From: Myxococcota bacterium
Lineage (GTDB): Bacteria; Myxococcota; JACRCW01
Direction: 5' to 3'
Length of the DNA stretch: 19,313 nucleotides
NCBI GenBank assembly: GCA_040752415.1
Contig: JBFMGU010000203.1
Coordinates: 1-19,313, forward strand
Shown: one piece after another, positions 17,335 to 19,313 of the stretch
Layout: the number at the start of each line of letters is the position of its first letter
Numbering within the stretch: position 1 is the stretch's first letter
Position numbers and translations under genes: made by a program
The notes under the pieces: generated by a model
Seen by the model: only the letters and a program-made list of their open reading frames with translations
What the model was told of the DNA's origin: nothing
Database searches by the model: none

Positions 17335-18888
17335 TCAGGGACAGTGGAGCGTCTTGAGATACTCCAGGAGCGCGCGCCGGTCGGCGTCGGGGAGCGTGGT
17401 GCCAAACGCCGGGCCGGAGTGTCCCTGCACAAACCGCGCAGGCACCTTGCGCCATAGGAAGTTGGAGCGCGCTGGCCCCCGGGTGATGGCCCGCGCCAAC
17501 GTCCGCGACGTGTAATAGCCCACGTCGACGGGATCGGTGGTCTCGCCGGGATACTGCATGCGGGAGCGCTGCTCCTGGGGCAGGAGCAACTCCGCCAACG
17601 ACGCCACGCCACCGGTGTGCAGGTACGGTGCGTTGAGGAAGGTGCTGCACAGGGGCAGTGCCGCGTAGCCCGGCTCCTCATCCCAGGCGACGCGCGGGAC
17701 AAAGGCCTCCCTAAGCTTCCCGAATGTCTCCAGGACGTCGCGGCGGGCGGCCTGCGCGCGCTCGGGGTCCGTCCGCACCAGCGACAGGGGCGTGATGGTT
17801 GGCGCATACCCGGTCAGGCGTCCGTCCGCGTCGTGCTGACCGTGACAGCTCGCGCACCGGGCAGCGCCGTGGAACAGCTCTCGCCCTCGTGGCAGCAGCT
17901 CGCGCTCCAGGGGCTCCGCCATGAGGTCCTGCCAGCGCGGTGACGGTGTGCTGAACATGACAAATGCATCCAACGCCTCCGCCGTTGGCGTCGCCTGCCT
18001 CTGCCGCCACTCGTCGACGCGCTCCACGCCCAGGAAGTCCAGCACCGGCCACCGCCCCGGCCACGTGGTGTTGATGCTGCCGTCCCAGAAGAAACGGTTG
18101 CGGAAGCGCAAGGTGTTGAGCGGCGGAATCTTGACGACGCCACAAGGGAACCGGGCCCGGTCCTGCTCGTTGGCCAGCTGTTCGGGGCTGCGCAGGACGC
18201 CGGTGCTGGCGTGCCAGATACGCACCCCGGTGACCACGCCCGGCGCAAGCTGCTCCTCGCAGCCCAGGTTCTGCAGCGCCTCATAGCGCTTCACCTTGGC
18301 ACGCTCCGCACGCAGGGAGTCTTGCGCAGCGCGGTGCTGTCCAGGGACCAGGCGCAACAGCACCTCCGTGAGACGAAGCGCCGAGCGGGTGGCGCGGAAC
18401 ATGTTCTGTTGCTGGTAGAAGCGATTGGCAGTGCCGGCGAGCAGCACTCCGTTCACCTGGGCGGTGTGGCACGCCGCGCAGCTCTGCGAGATCCGTCCCG
18501 GCCCCTGCGGGAATACCAGCCCCAGCGGCAGGCCGCCGTCGGGATTGGGCTGCAAGCCCGTCGGCAGGATGCGGTTGGCCCCGGCAAGCAGGGGACCTAC
18601 CGCGTCCAGCGGCACCAGTGGGTCCAGGTCAACGTGGGGCTGCCAGGGAAGGCCAAAGGGCTCGCCCTCGTGCAGCGTGGAGGCGAACCACGCGCGACGC
18701 CCTTCCTCCACCAGCTCCGCGAGCGACCGCGCGCCCGACGCCACGCTGGGCAGGTCCTCGGCACGAGCGACGGGATGCGGCAGTCGCGGGTCCACCTGAA
18801 GCAGTACGCCACCGGGGCCAACCACCGGGGTGCGCGGGGCCATCGACCACAGCGCCGTCGTCAGAGCGAACAGGAGAATCGGCTTCAC
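17335..18888 (-). CDS. Exported di-heme c-type cytochrome (RoxA-like / cytochrome c peroxidase superfamily)
   Basis: CAACH (18466-18480), CASCH (17842-17856), PYLHTGGVASLAELL and GHSGPAFGTTLPDADRRALLEYLKTL. GTG at 18888, with GAGG upstream, gives a signal-like MKPILLFALTTALWSMA. The track start at 18924 is an alternative. Confidence 0.85.
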   Translation of the reverse strand: MKPILLFALTTALWSMAPRTPVVGPGGVLLQVDPRLPHPVARAEDLPSVASGARSLAELVEEGRRAWFASTLHEGEPFGLPWQPHVDLDPLVPLDAVGPLLAGANRILPTGLQPNPDGGLPLGLVFPQGPGRISQSCAACHTAQVNGVLLAGTANRFYQQQNMFRATRSALRLTEVLLRLVPGQHRAAQDSLRAERAKVKRYEALQNLGCEEQLAPGVVTGVRIWHASTGVLRSPEQLANEQDRARFPCGVVKIPPLNTLRFRNRFFWDGSINTTWPGRWPVLDFLGVERVDEWRQRQATPTAEALDAFVMFSTPSPRWQDLMAEPLERELLPRGRELFHGAARCASCHGQHDADGRLTGYAPTITPLSLVRTDPERAQAARRDVLETFGKLREAFVPRVAWDEEPGYAALPLCSTFLNAPYLHTGGVASLAELLLPQEQRSRMQYPGETTDPVDVGYYTSRTLARAITRGPARSNFLWRKVPARFVQGHSGPAFGTTLPDADRRALLEYLKTLHCP

Positions 18889-19017
18889 GCCGACAGCCTC
18901 GTCGGGACCGTGCGCTGCGGTCAAGACTCGCGGCGTACGGAGCCGCGCACTCCGAGGAGGGTCTTGCCGGCCCAGCCTTGAACTTGAGCTGAGGGGTGTC
19001 AGGACCCGCAGAGCAAT

Positions 19018-19053
19018 CCACGCTGACGGTCCAGGACGATGGCAACGTGGTGA
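19018..19053 (+). pseudogene. Orphan fragment of the last lectin motif of the amidase gene (TLTVQDDGNVV)
   Basis: ccacgctgacggtccaggacgatggcaacgtggtga matches 17177-17212 (ccacgctggcggtccaggatgacggcaacgtggtga) at 33/36. Two of the three differences are synonymous. Confidence 0.8.
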
Positions 19054-19070
19054 CGTGGGTGAGCGCGTCT

Positions 19071-19198
19071 AGCAACGCACGACCCGTTCACGAGGCGGGT
19101 GAGCGGAGCGAGCAACGCACGACCCGTTCACGAAGCGGGTAAGCGGAGGGAACGGCGCACGACCCGTTCACGAAGCGGGTGCGCGAAACGAGCGGCGC
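19071..19198. repeat. Three tandem 40-bp units with an internal palindrome (REP-like), plus partial units
   Basis: Units start at 19071, 19111 and 19151 and share cgcacgacccgttcacga(a/g)gcgggt, with hairpin arms ACCCG...CGGGT. Partial units lie at about 19052-19065 and 19191-19198. Confidence 0.9.
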
Positions 19199-19204
19199 CC
19201 TGGA

Positions 19205-19313
19205 GAGGGTGTCTCAGTTTGATGTGACGTCGTGGCGGGTACCTGCGTATGAGGGGGCATGCCCCGAGTCATCGAGCCGGACCGAACACAGCAGGTGCTC
19301 CTTCCCAGGGCCG
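19205..19313 (+). mobile_element. Probable left end of an IS1182-family insertion sequence
   Basis: Candidate terminal sequence GAGGGTGTCTCAGTTTGA at 19205, followed after 54 nt by a transposase-like N-terminus. The right end is outside the window, so the inverted repeat cannot be confirmed. Confidence 0.55.
19259..19313 (+). CDS. Probable IS1182-family transposase, N-terminal 18 aa (runs off the window)
   Basis: RBS gagggg, then MPRVIEPDRTQQVLLPRA, resembling the M-x-R-...-DRxQxxLLP start of IS1182 transposases. Very short evidence. Confidence 0.55.
   Translation, partial: MPRVIEPDRTQQVLLPRA

Noticed and set aside
19071..19198. CRISPR array
   Set aside because: The period is only 40 bp, the sequences between conserved cores are short and similar to each other rather than unique spacers, and no cas genes are present.

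Overview
High-GC window, probably Myxococcota (inferred from myxobacterial Cys-rich repeats, a sigma-54 regulator and many large exported proteins). Genes in order: partial PEGA-type membrane protein (-), NtrC/AtoC-family sigma-54 response regulator (-), HExxH Cys-rich lipoprotein (+), iodotyrosine deiodinase-like nitroreductase (-), lipoprotein with 15 Cys-rich repeats and an NHL-like propeller (+), exported membrane-anchored protein (-), multidomain CotH kinase (+), TPR/SH3b protein (+), amidase-SH3b-bulb-lectin lipoprotein (+), di-heme c cytochrome (-), three 40-bp palindromic repeats, and the probable left end of an IS1182-family element. The main unexplained signal occurs twice in a row: a single exported-protein gene sits between a resident gene and an orphan copy of that gene's 3' region. 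The first case is a 69-bp perfect direct repeat (13319-13387 / 15336-15404) preceded by a codon-diverged C-terminal remnant. The second is a 33/36-nt repeat (17177-17212 / 19018-19053). These look like recombinase-free single-gene cargo units of about 2 kb inserted at gene 3' ends. All domain calls are by-eye motif recognition; no searches were run.
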